Below are positions 9,318 through 18,554 of a DNA stretch of 64,000 nucleotides, in pieces. Location: the NCBI GenBank assembly GCA_964444955.1, contig CAYUJB010000001.1, forward strand, positions 1,816-65,815. The letters are read 5' to 3'. Position 1 is the stretch's first letter. The number at the start of each line of letters is the position of its first letter. The notes below the pieces were generated by a model. That model did no database searches. It was not told the origin of the DNA and saw only the letters and a list, made by a program, of their open reading frames with translations. This stretch comes from an uncultured Candidatus Saccharibacteria bacterium (GTDB taxonomy: Bacteria; Patescibacteriota; Minisyncoccia; 2-02-FULL-40-12; GWA2-44-9). A program made the translations under genes and the position numbers.

Positions 9318-11408
9318 ATGCGTCGTCCCAAGAAGTCATGGCGTGTCTGGCTTACCCACGGATCCACCCTTTTGGCGTGGATTGTCACGCTGGGCGTTAT
9401 TGGTGTGTCTCTCTTTGTTTTGTACGCAAAAAGTCAGGTTCCTGACCCAGAATCCATCGTGTCGCGACAGATCAAAGAGTCCACCAAGATCTACGACCGA
9501 ACAGGCACTATCGTGCTCTACGACATCTACGACGAAGAGCGCCGTACGGTTGTTGATTTTGCGCATATCAGCGACAGCATCAAGAAAGCAACCCTTGCCA
9601 CGGAGGATAGTCGCTTCTACGAGCACAAAGGATTTGACCTCCGCGGTATCGCTCGATCGCTCCTCAACAATATCGAACAGGGGTTTGGTTCTGGTGGTGG
9701 TTCAACACTGACCCAGCAGTTGGTGGGTAATGCGCTTGTTGGTCGACAGAAAAATCTTACCCGTAAAGTGCAGGAGCTTATTTTAGCCATCGAAGTTGAG
9801 CAACGATACACCAAGGATCAAATCTTTGAGATGTATCTCAATCAAGTCCCCTATGGGGATAATGCGTACGGTGTTGAGGCGGCAAGCCAAACGTATTTCG
9901 GTGTTCCTGCTGCCGAGCTCTCGGTGGCGCAAGGTGCGTTATTGGCATCGCTCGTACAGCGACCATCGTACTACTCACCCTACGGCACACACCTCGACGA
10001 GCTCTTGGGACGCAAAGACTATGTCCTAGGGCGGATGCGCGATCTTGGATACATCTCTGATGATGCCCACCAATCAGCAAAAAACGAACAGCTCGTATTT
10101 AAAGAGAAGTCGAGCATTCTCGCTGCTCCCCATTTCGTGCTTATGGCGAGAGACTACGTTACGCAAAAGTATGGCAAAGACATTGTCTCATCGGGTGGGT
10201 TTAAGATTATTACCACCCTTGATGCTGACCTCCAAAAGAAAGCGGAGGAGCTCGTAGCTAAGTATGCAAAGATAAATAAAGAAAAATACAAAGCGTCGAA
10301 TGCATCACTCACGGCCATCGATCCAAAAACCGGCGAAGTGCGCGCGCTCGTTGGTTCTGCAAATTACTTCGATATCGAAAATGAAGGAAATTTTAATGTG
10401 GCTCTCGCACAGCGACAGCCGGGTTCAGCATTCAAACCATTTGCATATGCAGCCGCGTTTGCTAATGGATACACCGATAGCACCATCTTGTGGGATGTGA
10501 AGACCGAGTTTAATCCACTCTGCGCTCCCGACGCATCACAAACTAGAACTACGTCGGGACAAGCGTGTTATCACCCCAAAAACTACAGTAACACCTACTC
10601 TGGTCCGGTGACAATGCGCCAATCTATAGCTCGATCACTTAATACCACCTCGGTTAAAACGCTCTATCTCGCAGGTGTTGATACCGTTATTGATCTTGCG
10701 ACGCGCATGGGAATCACCACACTCACTGACCGATCTCGCTTTGGCCTCTCTTTGGTGCTCGGTGGCGCTGAAGTGCGCCCTATTGATTTAGTTTCTGCGT
10801 ACGGTGTGTTTGCAAATGATGGCATTCGGGTTCCGTGGGGTTTTATCCAAAAGATAGAGCTCAACAACGGGTCGGTGCTCGAAGAAAGAATACCGGCGCC
10901 TGAGCGTGTCCTCGGCGCCCAAACGGCAAGGCTTATGAATGACGTGCTTAGTGATAATAATGCTCGTGCTTCGGTTTTTGGCGTTAATAATTCTCTGTAC
11001 CTCCCCGGACGAGACGTTGCAGCAAAAACAGGTACCACCCAAGAAAATCGTGATGCGTGGGTAGTGGGCTACACCCCCTCTCTTAGCGTTGGTGTCTGGG
11101 TAGGGAACAATCGCAACCAGTCGATGACCGCTGCGGGTGCCGGTATAAGCGCCGCAGGACCTCTGTGGAACGCTTTTATGTCCGCAGCCTTGTCTGGTAC
11201 CTCACCTGAGTATTTCACCAGCCCCGACCCTGTGAGCACGTCGAAGCCAGTTCTCAATGGTGTGCCATCTGACCACACAATCCTCTACTCTGTTTCACGG
11301 GATAACCCCCTTGGCCCAGAGCCCTCTCAACCAGAAACAGATCCTCAGTTCAAGAATTGGGAGTGGGCGGTCCAACAACGGGTTGTGCCCGTGGGAGTTA
11401 GCGAGTAA
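9318..11408 (+). CDS. class A penicillin-binding protein (bifunctional transglycosylase/transpeptidase, PBP1A-type)
   Basis: N-terminal TM anchor. GT51 motifs EDSRFYEHKGFD and RQKNLTRKVQE. Transpeptidase motifs SAFKPF (SxxK), SxN and KTGTT. Confidence 0.85.
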   Translation: MRRPKKSWRVWLTHGSTLLAWIVTLGVIGVSLFVLYAKSQVPDPESIVSRQIKESTKIYDRTGTIVLYDIYDEERRTVVDFAHISDSIKKATLATEDSRFYEHKGFDLRGIARSLLNNIEQGFGSGGGSTLTQQLVGNALVGRQKNLTRKVQELILAIEVEQRYTKDQIFEMYLNQVPYGDNAYGVEAASQTYFGVPAAELSVAQGALLASLVQRPSYYSPYGTHLDELLGRKDYVLGRMRDLGYISDDAHQSAKNEQLVFKEKSSILAAPHFVLMARDYVTQKYGKDIVSSGGFKIITTLDADLQKKAEELVAKYAKINKEKYKASNASLTAIDPKTGEVRALVGSANYFDIENEGNFNVALAQRQPGSAFKPFAYAAAFANGYTDSTILWDVKTEFNPLCAPDASQTRTTSGQACYHPKNYSNTYSGPVTMRQSIARSLNTTSVKTLYLAGVDTVIDLATRMGITTLTDRSRFGLSLVLGGAEVRPIDLVSAYGVFANDGIRVPWGFIQKIELNNGSVLEERIPAPERVLGAQTARLMNDVLSDNNARASVFGVNNSLYLPGRDVAAKTGTTQENRDAWVVGYTPSLSVGVWVGNNRNQSMTAAGAGISAAGPLWNAFMSAALSGTSPEYFTSPDPVSTSKPVLNGVPSDHTILYSVSRDNPLGPEPSQPETDPQFKNWEWAVQQRVVPVGVSE

Positions 11409-11679
11409 TAATACGATCTACGCGCACATTTCGTGCGGTAAGGTAGGCACGAATCTCTCGCGCATTGAGTGTGAGCTCCCCGGCGAGTGTTTTTGAGGGA
11501 GTAGAAATAATCAAGAGACGATCATCTGTTTGATATCGGACACCCACACTCATTAAAGCGTCGGGGTAGTTTTCCTGAAGATACCCCTGCACCGCTTGTC
11601 GCACCAAAACACCAACACTGCTTTGTGTGGTAAGGGTCTCTTGTCGTTGTGTGAGAGGGCCTTTGATGGACTGAAACAT
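11398..11679 (-). CDS. DUF721/DciA-like small protein (possible replicative helicase loader)
   Basis: 93 aa, immediately downstream of dnaN. The C-terminal LLIISTPSKTLAGELTLNAREIRAYL pattern resembles DUF721 (SAWAQEL-type) proteins. The assignment is from pattern memory only. Confidence 0.4.
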   Translation of the reverse strand: MFQSIKGPLTQRQETLTTQSSVGVLVRQAVQGYLQENYPDALMSVGVRYQTDDRLLIISTPSKTLAGELTLNAREIRAYLTARNVRVDRIITR

Positions 11680-11690
11680 AGTGCGTACGA

Positions 11691-12782
11691 TTAACCCCGT
11701 AGTGGCATTATCAAATACACAATGCGCGACTCGTCGTCATTGGGACGTAAAACGAAGGGGCTCCCCTTTCCTGTATACTCCAGTACAACCTTTTCGCTCG
11801 GTAGTATCTTGAGTCCCTCAAGAAAATAGTGGTAATTCATGGAGACCTCGAATGACTCTCCCTTCATATTCGACTCGACCCCGGCGGTCGCTTCGCCCTT
11901 ACTTGAGTTCTTTCCGCTTATGCGAAGTTCATGTTCATCGCACTCAATTTTAATATCTGAAATACTCGAGGAAAAAAGTGCGGCCACTTTCGCTGCATTC
12001 TCGACTTCATCACGCCGCACCAAAACTCGCGTGAGCGAATGCTCCGGTATTATCTTTCGATAATCAGGATACTTTCCGTCGATAAGACGCGAGATAACCT
12101 CAAACTCGTCGTGGGTAAATGCTATTTGGTTTTCCGCTATCCGGATCTGCAACCGACCCTCGATATCGCTAAGAATCCTTCCTAGTTCAGTGATGGTTCC
12201 TCGAGGAATGATGGCACTACCTCCGTGCGCAAACGCGCCTGGAATCCGTTGCTCGGCAAGGCGAAATATATCAGTTGCCGCCATTGTCATACTATCCTCC
12301 TCGAAGCGCAGAAACGCACCTGCGAGCTCTGGTCGCGAGTCAGAGGCAGCAATAGAGTCTGCTGTCGACGTTAGCAGGCTTCGAAAGTCCTGGGCTGCAA
12401 CATCAAACTCGTTCCCTCCGCTAATCTTGGGGATGATTGGATACTCCCCTGCGTCAAAACAGAGTATGGTGGTTCTATATTTCCCAGCTCTCACGGTTAG
12501 TGTATTTTGCTTCAGCTCGAGTCCGATATTCTCCTCTGAAACACCCCGAATAAAGTCGGAGAGAGTTTTTGCAGGAACAGCAATGCGTCCCTCGTCTTCA
12601 ACTTTCGCTCCAATGAGAGAACTCACTCCAATCTCTAGATTGGTTGCGGAAACACGAAGGCGCCCATTCTCAGTCTCAAGTAAGATATTACTCAGAATGG
12701 GGAGTGTTGCGCTTCGGGATGTGACTCGCTCAACGAACCCCAACACTCGCTGAAGCCTGTCTTTGTGTACGGTGATCTTCAT
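11691..12782 (-). CDS. dnaN: DNA polymerase III beta sliding clamp
   Basis: 363 aa with a three-domain clamp pattern (MKITVHKDRLQRVLGFVERV...). Sits directly downstream of dnaA across oriC. Confidence 0.9.
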   Translation of the reverse strand: MKITVHKDRLQRVLGFVERVTSRSATLPILSNILLETENGRLRVSATNLEIGVSSLIGAKVEDEGRIAVPAKTLSDFIRGVSEENIGLELKQNTLTVRAGKYRTTILCFDAGEYPIIPKISGGNEFDVAAQDFRSLLTSTADSIAASDSRPELAGAFLRFEEDSMTMAATDIFRLAEQRIPGAFAHGGSAIIPRGTITELGRILSDIEGRLQIRIAENQIAFTHDEFEVISRLIDGKYPDYRKIIPEHSLTRVLVRRDEVENAAKVAALFSSSISDIKIECDEHELRISGKNSSKGEATAGVESNMKGESFEVSMNYHYFLEGLKILPSEKVVLEYTGKGSPFVLRPNDDESRIVYLIMPLRG

Positions 12783-13015
12783 CGGGATAGTATATTAAGA
12801 GGATATATAATACTACTACTTACTACTAAGGGTGTGGATATGGGGATAGAGGATTGAAAATACTGCTGGGTAGCGACGGAAGTGCTGTGGGGCTATGTGG
12901 ATAGTGTGGGGATAGTTGTGGGGTATCTGTGGAAGAATTTCGCCGGAGTGGCCTATGGTCTGATTTTATGCGAGATCATCAACACACCTATCCCACTCTT
13001 CTGCACAGGTTGCGG
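12783..13015. promoter_or_regulatory. chromosomal replication origin (oriC): DnaA-box cluster plus AT-rich unwinding element
   Basis: At least six TGTGGATA-like boxes lie within 110 bp (TGTGGATAT 12832, TGTGGGGCT, TGTGGATAG, TGTGGGGAT, TGTGGGGTA, TGTGGAAGA). An AT-rich stretch at 12788-12828 (tatattaagaggatatataatactactac) precedes them. The location between dnaN and dnaA is classical. Confidence 0.6.
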
Positions 13016-14398
13016 CTAGTGTTCGAATGAATCATAAATGCGCTGACGAATCATAGTAAGCTCATTTTTGAGGGGCTCATCGACAGCCTCTTCTCGCCGG
13101 ATTTTTTCACACGCGTGAATAACCGTAGAGTGATCGCGTCCCCCAAGCTTCTGACCGATTTCAGGAAATGAGAGCTTAATTTCTTCGCGGAGGAGATACA
13201 TAGCAATTTGCCGTGGCTTCACTACTTCTTTTTTACGGCTGCGCTTCGTGAGGTCAGCGGCTGGGATATTAAAGAAATCAGCGACTGTTTTAAGAATAAC
13301 CTGCGGAGATGTTTTCCGGTACGGAACGGCAAGGTATGCGTTGAGGATGTTTTTAACCTCCTTCGTGTCCGGGATACGATTATAGACTTGTGATATCGCA
13401 ATTACACGATTGAGCGCTCCCTCGAGCTCACGAACATTTTTTTGAATATGGGTAGCAATATAGGACAACACGTCGTCGTTGAGTGCACAGCCCTTTTCCT
13501 GACTTTTTGTCTTCAAGATCGCGAGCCGCGTTTCATAATCAGGCATATTAATCTCGGCGAGCATCCCCCCTTCAAGGCGGGACTGGAGTCGCTCGGTGAT
13601 TGCCGGGATCGCTTTGGGTGGCCGATCCGACGTGCATACCACCTGTTTGTTGCGGTTGTGGAGTTCATTGAAGATAGTGAAAACGATCTCCTGCGTCTTG
13701 TCTTTGCCCGCGATGTACTGGATATCGTCGATGATAAGGAGATCAAGTTTTGAGTACTGAGTCTTCACATCTTCTGCGGTGCGGTTCTTGATGGATTCGA
13801 CGATAGTTGCGGTGAGTTTTTCCCCCGTCGTGTAGAGCACTTTCTTATCCGACCACTGTTGGAGCACCTGGTTGCCGATAGATTGGATGAGATGTGTCTT
13901 CCCAAGCCCCACTCCCCCATACACAAAGAGGGGGTTATAGTTTTTCCCAGGGCTACTCGCGACCGCCTGGGAACATGCAAAGGTAAATTCATTAGAGCCA
14001 CCAACAATAAAGGTATCAAACGAGTATTTTTTATTGAGGTGAGTTACCTTATCAACGTCCTGACTCTGGTCATATAAGACTTGTTCTTGAAATTCCTTTT
14101 CACTTATTATTTTTGAGATATCCTGGCGCGTTGGTTCTAGTTTTGGTTGTCCGACGATATACTTCACTTCACGTATCTCGTTGGAGAGCTTGCGGATTGA
14201 GGTGAGGATTTGGCGATTGTATTTACTTTCGAGCCACTCTTTCACAAATCCATTCGGAACACTTACCGTTACGGAGTTTTGATCTCGCGTGACGACGTTG
14301 GTGTTTTTAAACCACGTCGTGAAATGGGCGCGAGAAAGTGAAAGTTCCATTTCTCCTAAAACTGTTTTCCAAATATCGTCAGGGGTAACAGAGGTCAT
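13016..14398 (-). CDS. dnaA: chromosomal replication initiator DnaA
   Basis: Walker A GGVGLGKTHL, sensor motifs, and a C-terminal DnaA-box-binding HTH (VIHACEKI). Start set to ATG 14398 (MTSVTPDDIWKTVLGEM). The ORF-track start at 14575 adds 59 unconserved residues. Confidence 0.9.
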   Translation of the reverse strand: MTSVTPDDIWKTVLGEMELSLSRAHFTTWFKNTNVVTRDQNSVTVSVPNGFVKEWLESKYNRQILTSIRKLSNEIREVKYIVGQPKLEPTRQDISKIISEKEFQEQVLYDQSQDVDKVTHLNKKYSFDTFIVGGSNEFTFACSQAVASSPGKNYNPLFVYGGVGLGKTHLIQSIGNQVLQQWSDKKVLYTTGEKLTATIVESIKNRTAEDVKTQYSKLDLLIIDDIQYIAGKDKTQEIVFTIFNELHNRNKQVVCTSDRPPKAIPAITERLQSRLEGGMLAEINMPDYETRLAILKTKSQEKGCALNDDVLSYIATHIQKNVRELEGALNRVIAISQVYNRIPDTKEVKNILNAYLAVPYRKTSPQVILKTVADFFNIPAADLTKRSRKKEVVKPRQIAMYLLREEIKLSFPEIGQKLGGRDHSTVIHACEKIRREEAVDEPLKNELTMIRQRIYDSFEH

Positions 14399-14586
14399 TG
14401 ATGGAGGGGTGTGCACGTGTCGCCAGTATACAGTCCTGTGAAACTCTCTCAAGCGAGCCAACATCACGAATACGTTGATAGAGTGTTTATAACAGGTGGA
14501 AAACTGTGGGTAAATATTGACTCGCACCATCAAACATAGTAGACTGCTCAGTGAAGCGTCGAAGAACGCACACATAAAAAGAACGT

Positions 14587-14724
14587 ATGAAAATTACACG
14601 ATTCAGACCAAAGAAGGTGAAGCGGAGCCGCAAACATGGGTTTCTCTCTCGCATGGTGACAAAGTCGGGACGAAAAGTCGTCGCTCGTCGCAGAGCAAAG
14701 GGACGAACTCGCCTCTCTGTATAG
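14587..14724 (+). CDS. rpmH: 50S ribosomal protein L34
   Basis: 45 aa, [45 protein letters not shown]. Below the ORF-track size cutoff; found by reading the sequence. Confidence 0.85.
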   Translation: MKITRFRPKKVKRSRKHGFLSRMVTKSGRKVVARRRAKGRTRLSV

Positions 14725-14776
14725 TCAACACCGCCCCGAAACGGGGCGGTGTTCTGTGCGCGCCCTCAAGAACCAT

Positions 14777-15124
14777 ATGGCACTCACCAAAAAACTTCGT
14801 CTCAAAGATGCAAAAAGTATTTCTCGTGTATTCCGCGAGACGCGCCCCCGTCACGAGGCTGGTCTTTCACTGCGCGCCTCCGACAGCAAGAATACACCGA
14901 CTGTTTTTGCCGTACTCGTCCCAACCAGTGTTGCCGCGCGCGCTCTAGCTCGTAATGCGCTGCGCCGGAAGGTCACCGAAGCTTTACGTCGCGTCTTACG
15001 CGCGCATGATGTTATTGTGGGAAAGAAGGTTGTTCTTACCGTTCGGAGCGTCCCTCCTATCGCACGCGATCTTGAGAAGTCGCTCGTGCTGCTGTTGAAT
15101 AAATCTGCTATCCTACAAAAGTGA
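14777..15124 (+). CDS. rnpA: RNase P protein component
   Basis: Basic 115-aa protein directly after rpmH (MALTKKLRLKDAKSISRVFRETRP...). The rpmH-rnpA-yidD-yidC-jag order is conserved. Confidence 0.7.
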   Translation: MALTKKLRLKDAKSISRVFRETRPRHEAGLSLRASDSKNTPTVFAVLVPTSVAARALARNALRRKVTEALRRVLRAHDVIVGKKVVLTVRSVPPIARDLEKSLVLLLNKSAILQK

Positions 15125-15351
15125 AACTCCTACTTCTCAAAATTATTCGCGCCTATCAGGATCTCACGCGTGCCGGTATTAGCACTCCGTTTTTTCTGGG
15201 GGCATACTCGGGATGCCGATCGTGGCCAACATGTTCTGAGTTCGCGTATGAGCAGATTACCACCCAAGGCGTCGTGGTAGGCGTCATGCACGCAACCAAG
15301 CGTGTACTTCGCTGCCACTCCTTTTCAGTAGCAACTACACACCACTCATGA
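15121..15351 (+). CDS. yidD: membrane protein insertion efficiency factor YidD
   Basis: 76 aa starting at a GTG. Has the conserved Cys motif CRSWPTCSEFAYE. Confidence 0.75.
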   Translation: MKLLLLKIIRAYQDLTRAGISTPFFLGAYSGCRSWPTCSEFAYEQITTQGVVVGVMHATKRVLRCHSFSVATTHHS

Positions 15352-16046
15352 GTTCTCTTTTCTCCCTCTTCATTTATAAGCCAATACTCAACCTCACCGT
15401 GGTGTTATATGCCACGATCGGGTTTCATGATCTCGGTATAGCCATTATTGCGATGACGATTCTGGTGCGCGCAGCACTTCTCCCGCTGTCTATCAGAACA
15501 GCTCGCTCGCAAAAAGCGATGGCGGAACTTGCGCCGCATATTGAGAAACTCAAAGAAACACATAAAGGAAACACCACTGCTCAGTCAGAGGCGGTGATGG
15601 CGCTGTATCGTGAGAAGGGCGTCAGTCCCCTCGCGGGTTGTTTACCACTTCTCATCCAGCTCCCCATTCTTATTGGCGTATATCAAGTCTTCTTAAAAAT
15701 ATTCCGCCCTGAAACGCTCAACCTTCTCTATAGTTTTATTCCACACCCGGGTGAGATTTCTCATATTATGTTGGGACTCCTTGATATCAGCGCCCCTAGT
15801 CCGGTGCTTGCAGTGATCGCTGGCGCAGCACAATTTTTCCAAGCGCGCGCGGCTATGGCGCAGCAGGCGGCATCGCCGCAGGCTGCTGCAATAGGAAAAC
15901 AAATGATGTACATGCTCCCGGTGATGATTGTGGTCATCAGTTGGAGCTTGCCTGCCGGCCTCGCACTCTACTGGATTACCACATCGCTGTGGTCGATCGG
16001 AGAGCAGTTGTATTTGCGCCGATCTTCGGGCATACTGGCGAAATGA
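15348..16046 (+). CDS. yidC: membrane protein insertase YidC (short Oxa1-type)
   Basis: 232 aa, five TM helices, conserved amphipathic region and a C-terminal basic tail. Start overlaps the yidD stop as ATGA. Confidence 0.8.
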   Translation: MSSLFSLFIYKPILNLTVVLYATIGFHDLGIAIIAMTILVRAALLPLSIRTARSQKAMAELAPHIEKLKETHKGNTTAQSEAVMALYREKGVSPLAGCLPLLIQLPILIGVYQVFLKIFRPETLNLLYSFIPHPGEISHIMLGLLDISAPSPVLAVIAGAAQFFQARAAMAQQAASPQAAAIGKQMMYMLPVMIVVISWSLPAGLALYWITTSLWSIGEQLYLRRSSGILAK

Positions 16047-16501
16047 GCCAGCAGGATACTGCCACTATCGAAGAATTTATTCGGCAAGCAACACAGTATA
16101 TGCAAATCCCCTGTGATATCACGGTGTCTCGTGAAATCACAGGTGCCATGACTGTTGCACTACAGACCAACGAAGATGGCCGTCTCTTAATTGGCAAAAA
16201 TGGACAAAACCTCAAGGCGCTCGAGCATATTGTGCGGCTCGTTTCGATACGTCAAAATCCTGAGCACCACCCCGTGCTTATTGATGTAAATAATTATCGC
16301 GCAGAACAGAAACAGCAGCTCGTCGAGATGATCCGTGCCACGGCAGAGCGCGTGCAACAAACGCAACGCTCAGAGGCGCTTGAACCGATGACATCGTACC
16401 AGCGACGTGTGGTGCACACTGAACTTGCTGCATATAGTGGACTCGCCACAGAGAGTGTGGGACAGGATCCCCATCGCCGCGTCGTCATCAAACCACTCTA
16501 G
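16043..16501 (+). CDS. jag: Jag/SpoIIIJ-associated RNA-binding protein (KH + R3H domains)
   Basis: Start at ATG 16043, overlapping the yidC stop. Has a KH-like IGKNGQNLKALEHIVRL and a C-terminal R3H region YQRRVVHTELA. Confidence 0.7.
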   Translation: MSQQDTATIEEFIRQATQYMQIPCDITVSREITGAMTVALQTNEDGRLLIGKNGQNLKALEHIVRLVSIRQNPEHHPVLIDVNNYRAEQKQQLVEMIRATAERVQQTQRSEALEPMTSYQRRVVHTELAAYSGLATESVGQDPHRRVVIKPL

Positions 16502-16507
16502 AGCAGA

Positions 16508-17650
16508 CTAGTGCAATGGGAGTGCGTAGAGTCTGCTATCAAACATATTCGTGAAAACGAAATAGTCTCCTGACGAAGACATAAGTGGCGCGGTGACTCC
16601 TAGGAGTGTTCCTTGGACGCCCGTATAATTTCTCGTCCGTTCTCCACTCGTAAAATCGAGTGTTTCTATATGATCAACTGTTGCAGTGCGATCGGCCGGC
16701 ACATCTCGCGTGAGGGTGTTTTGCATCGGCACACCACACGTAATAGACATACTGTCAGTTGCCCACGCGCACTTCGCGGCGCTTGTCTCTATCGCAAGAG
16801 GGGTGCTCTCCCCGGATGAAATCCTGTAGTGCCAAAGGGAGATTCCCGTTTCTGGGGTAAAGTACGATATAAGTGCCTGCGTTCCATCGGGAGACCAAGT
16901 GGTTTCGAGATTTTCGCGATTTGTCAGAATGGTAGTTATCTTCCCTCGTTGATCGACGAGCGAGAGATCCCGACCTGGTCGATCGGGGCGCTGGGTCAGC
17001 AGCGCGAGCGTCGAGTCGTCGATCCACTGCACCACGGCACTCTCGGTGCGAGTAGCGAGTATGGTGGCGCCGTTCTCTCCGCTTGAATCTGCAATTCTCA
17101 ACACTGAACCGTCATCACTTGGAGTGAAATAGGCGATACTTTTTCCGTTGGGTGAAGCGGTGGCTCCGGTGAACTCGCTACTCATCCGTTCTGCTGTCGG
17201 TCGCGTATAATTCCGATGATACCACTGTGTCCCCTTCGGTGTCTGAACAGAATAGAGTGACTGCTGTGCTTGGGGGATCCAGAGCGCACCTTGGAAGCCG
17301 AGAATCTTCTCAGATGAAACGCTTGTTGTTTTTTGCGTACGTACGTTCACGGAAAATGCCTTCCCTGTTCCCTCTTCGAAGTAACGGATCTCGTCAGATG
17401 ATATACCGAGTGCAGCGACTCGTATTTTATTCTCACTTACAGCGCGTGGTTGCGTTGTCACGTGGGGTACGATAGTTGGTGATGGTGTTGCGAGCGTATC
17501 GGCAATGGTAGCTGTGGTTGCACCGCCGCGATACAACAGCGCCGATCCCATCACTACGCACCCCAGCAGCGCCACAAAGGTTCCCGCCTGGAGTAGGCGA
17601 AGGTTGGTGGAGTGGCGAGGTATGAAGTTGAGGTTGTTAGCTTTGCGCAT
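16508..17650 (-). CDS. TolB-like beta-propeller protein with an N-terminal membrane anchor
   Basis: PD40/WD40-like repeats (SPNGKSIAYFTPSDDG, SPDGTQALISYF) after an N-terminal TM helix. Last gene of the T4SS-like operon. Confidence 0.5.
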   Translation of the reverse strand: MRKANNLNFIPRHSTNLRLLQAGTFVALLGCVVMGSALLYRGGATTATIADTLATPSPTIVPHVTTQPRAVSENKIRVAALGISSDEIRYFEEGTGKAFSVNVRTQKTTSVSSEKILGFQGALWIPQAQQSLYSVQTPKGTQWYHRNYTRPTAERMSSEFTGATASPNGKSIAYFTPSDDGSVLRIADSSGENGATILATRTESAVVQWIDDSTLALLTQRPDRPGRDLSLVDQRGKITTILTNRENLETTWSPDGTQALISYFTPETGISLWHYRISSGESTPLAIETSAAKCAWATDSMSITCGVPMQNTLTRDVPADRTATVDHIETLDFTSGERTRNYTGVQGTLLGVTAPLMSSSGDYFVFTNMFDSRLYALPLH

Positions 17651-18551
17651 ACGACTGAGAAATTACAGCGAGCCGCGTTTTATAGAGCGAATCGGTGAGG
17701 CCAACAACTTCTTGTTTTCCGGTGGAGTAGCTTTGCAGTACTCCTTGCGCCTCACGCCAATCTGCTCGGTGTGATATGTAGGTCGCAAAAGCACCAATTG
17801 TCCACCAGGGCATAATATTCCATAAAGGAATTGATTCACTAATACGAGTGAAGATTGGGTTCCGTAGCCATTTTAACCACTTTGACTCATTGACGAAGAT
17901 TGCCGCCTTTCCTGAATATTTAATGAGATTTGTTTTTTTTGCGAGAGCTCCAGCTTTTACCAGTAAGGCGCCGCCCTGCTCAGCAAGTTGAGGGAATTGA
18001 TTTTTCGCGTTGCCTATCCATGTCAGGAGGTTGTTGTATTCTTGACGCACTATCTGCACGTCACGTGAGAGATCTTTCCCCCTCTCTTGGAGTTCGTCGC
18101 GATGTTCCTGAACCTGTTTTGCGTATTTGCCTAGTAAAACGCGCGAGCCGATCCACATGACAATAGTCACAAATAGAGTCGCAGCAATCCCGAGTATAAT
18201 ACCAATGCCAAAAACCTCCGTTAGTGCAAAGCCACCTGAAATGAGAGCGGCACCAGCGGTGTCGGCGACAACGCATAGAAGTCCGAAAAGGAAATATCGG
18301 GTCTTTGAGGGTTCTTTTATTTTTTTAGCACTTTCCACGTTAACATCGGATAACTCACGCGTATGTTTATTGCGCGTTTTTGCGTATGCCTGCGTAACCG
18401 TTTGGTGGGCTGATTGCAGAGCTTGTCGGAGTGCACTGACACGAGCAACGCCATCAGCGTGGAGTTGCTGAAGTGGAATTCGTTGCACCACAGCGCGCGC
18501 AACTGGTGGTGGCGCTATATCGCGGACGGTTGTGGATGTCGTTGCGGGCAT
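17637..18551 (-). CDS. two-TM membrane protein with a coiled-coil domain (T4SS-like operon component, function unknown)
   Basis: 304 aa. Two adjacent TM helices (YFLFGLLCVVADTAGAALISGGF, FGIGIILGIAATLFVTIVMWIGSRVLL) followed by a charged helical domain. Coding regions overlap both neighbours. Confidence 0.4.
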   Translation of the reverse strand: MPATTSTTVRDIAPPPVARAVVQRIPLQQLHADGVARVSALRQALQSAHQTVTQAYAKTRNKHTRELSDVNVESAKKIKEPSKTRYFLFGLLCVVADTAGAALISGGFALTEVFGIGIILGIAATLFVTIVMWIGSRVLLGKYAKQVQEHRDELQERGKDLSRDVQIVRQEYNNLLTWIGNAKNQFPQLAEQGGALLVKAGALAKKTNLIKYSGKAAIFVNESKWLKWLRNPIFTRISESIPLWNIMPWWTIGAFATYISHRADWREAQGVLQSYSTGKQEVVGLTDSLYKTRLAVISQSYAQS

Positions 18552-18554
18552 GGG

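Noticed and set aside
9254-9388. Longer tyrS start at 9388 overlapping the PBP gene by 71 bp
   Set aside because: The extension (MTIHAKRVDPWVSQTRH…) is unconserved and would cover the PBP promoter. TyrRS homology begins at MSPQERT (ATG 9253).
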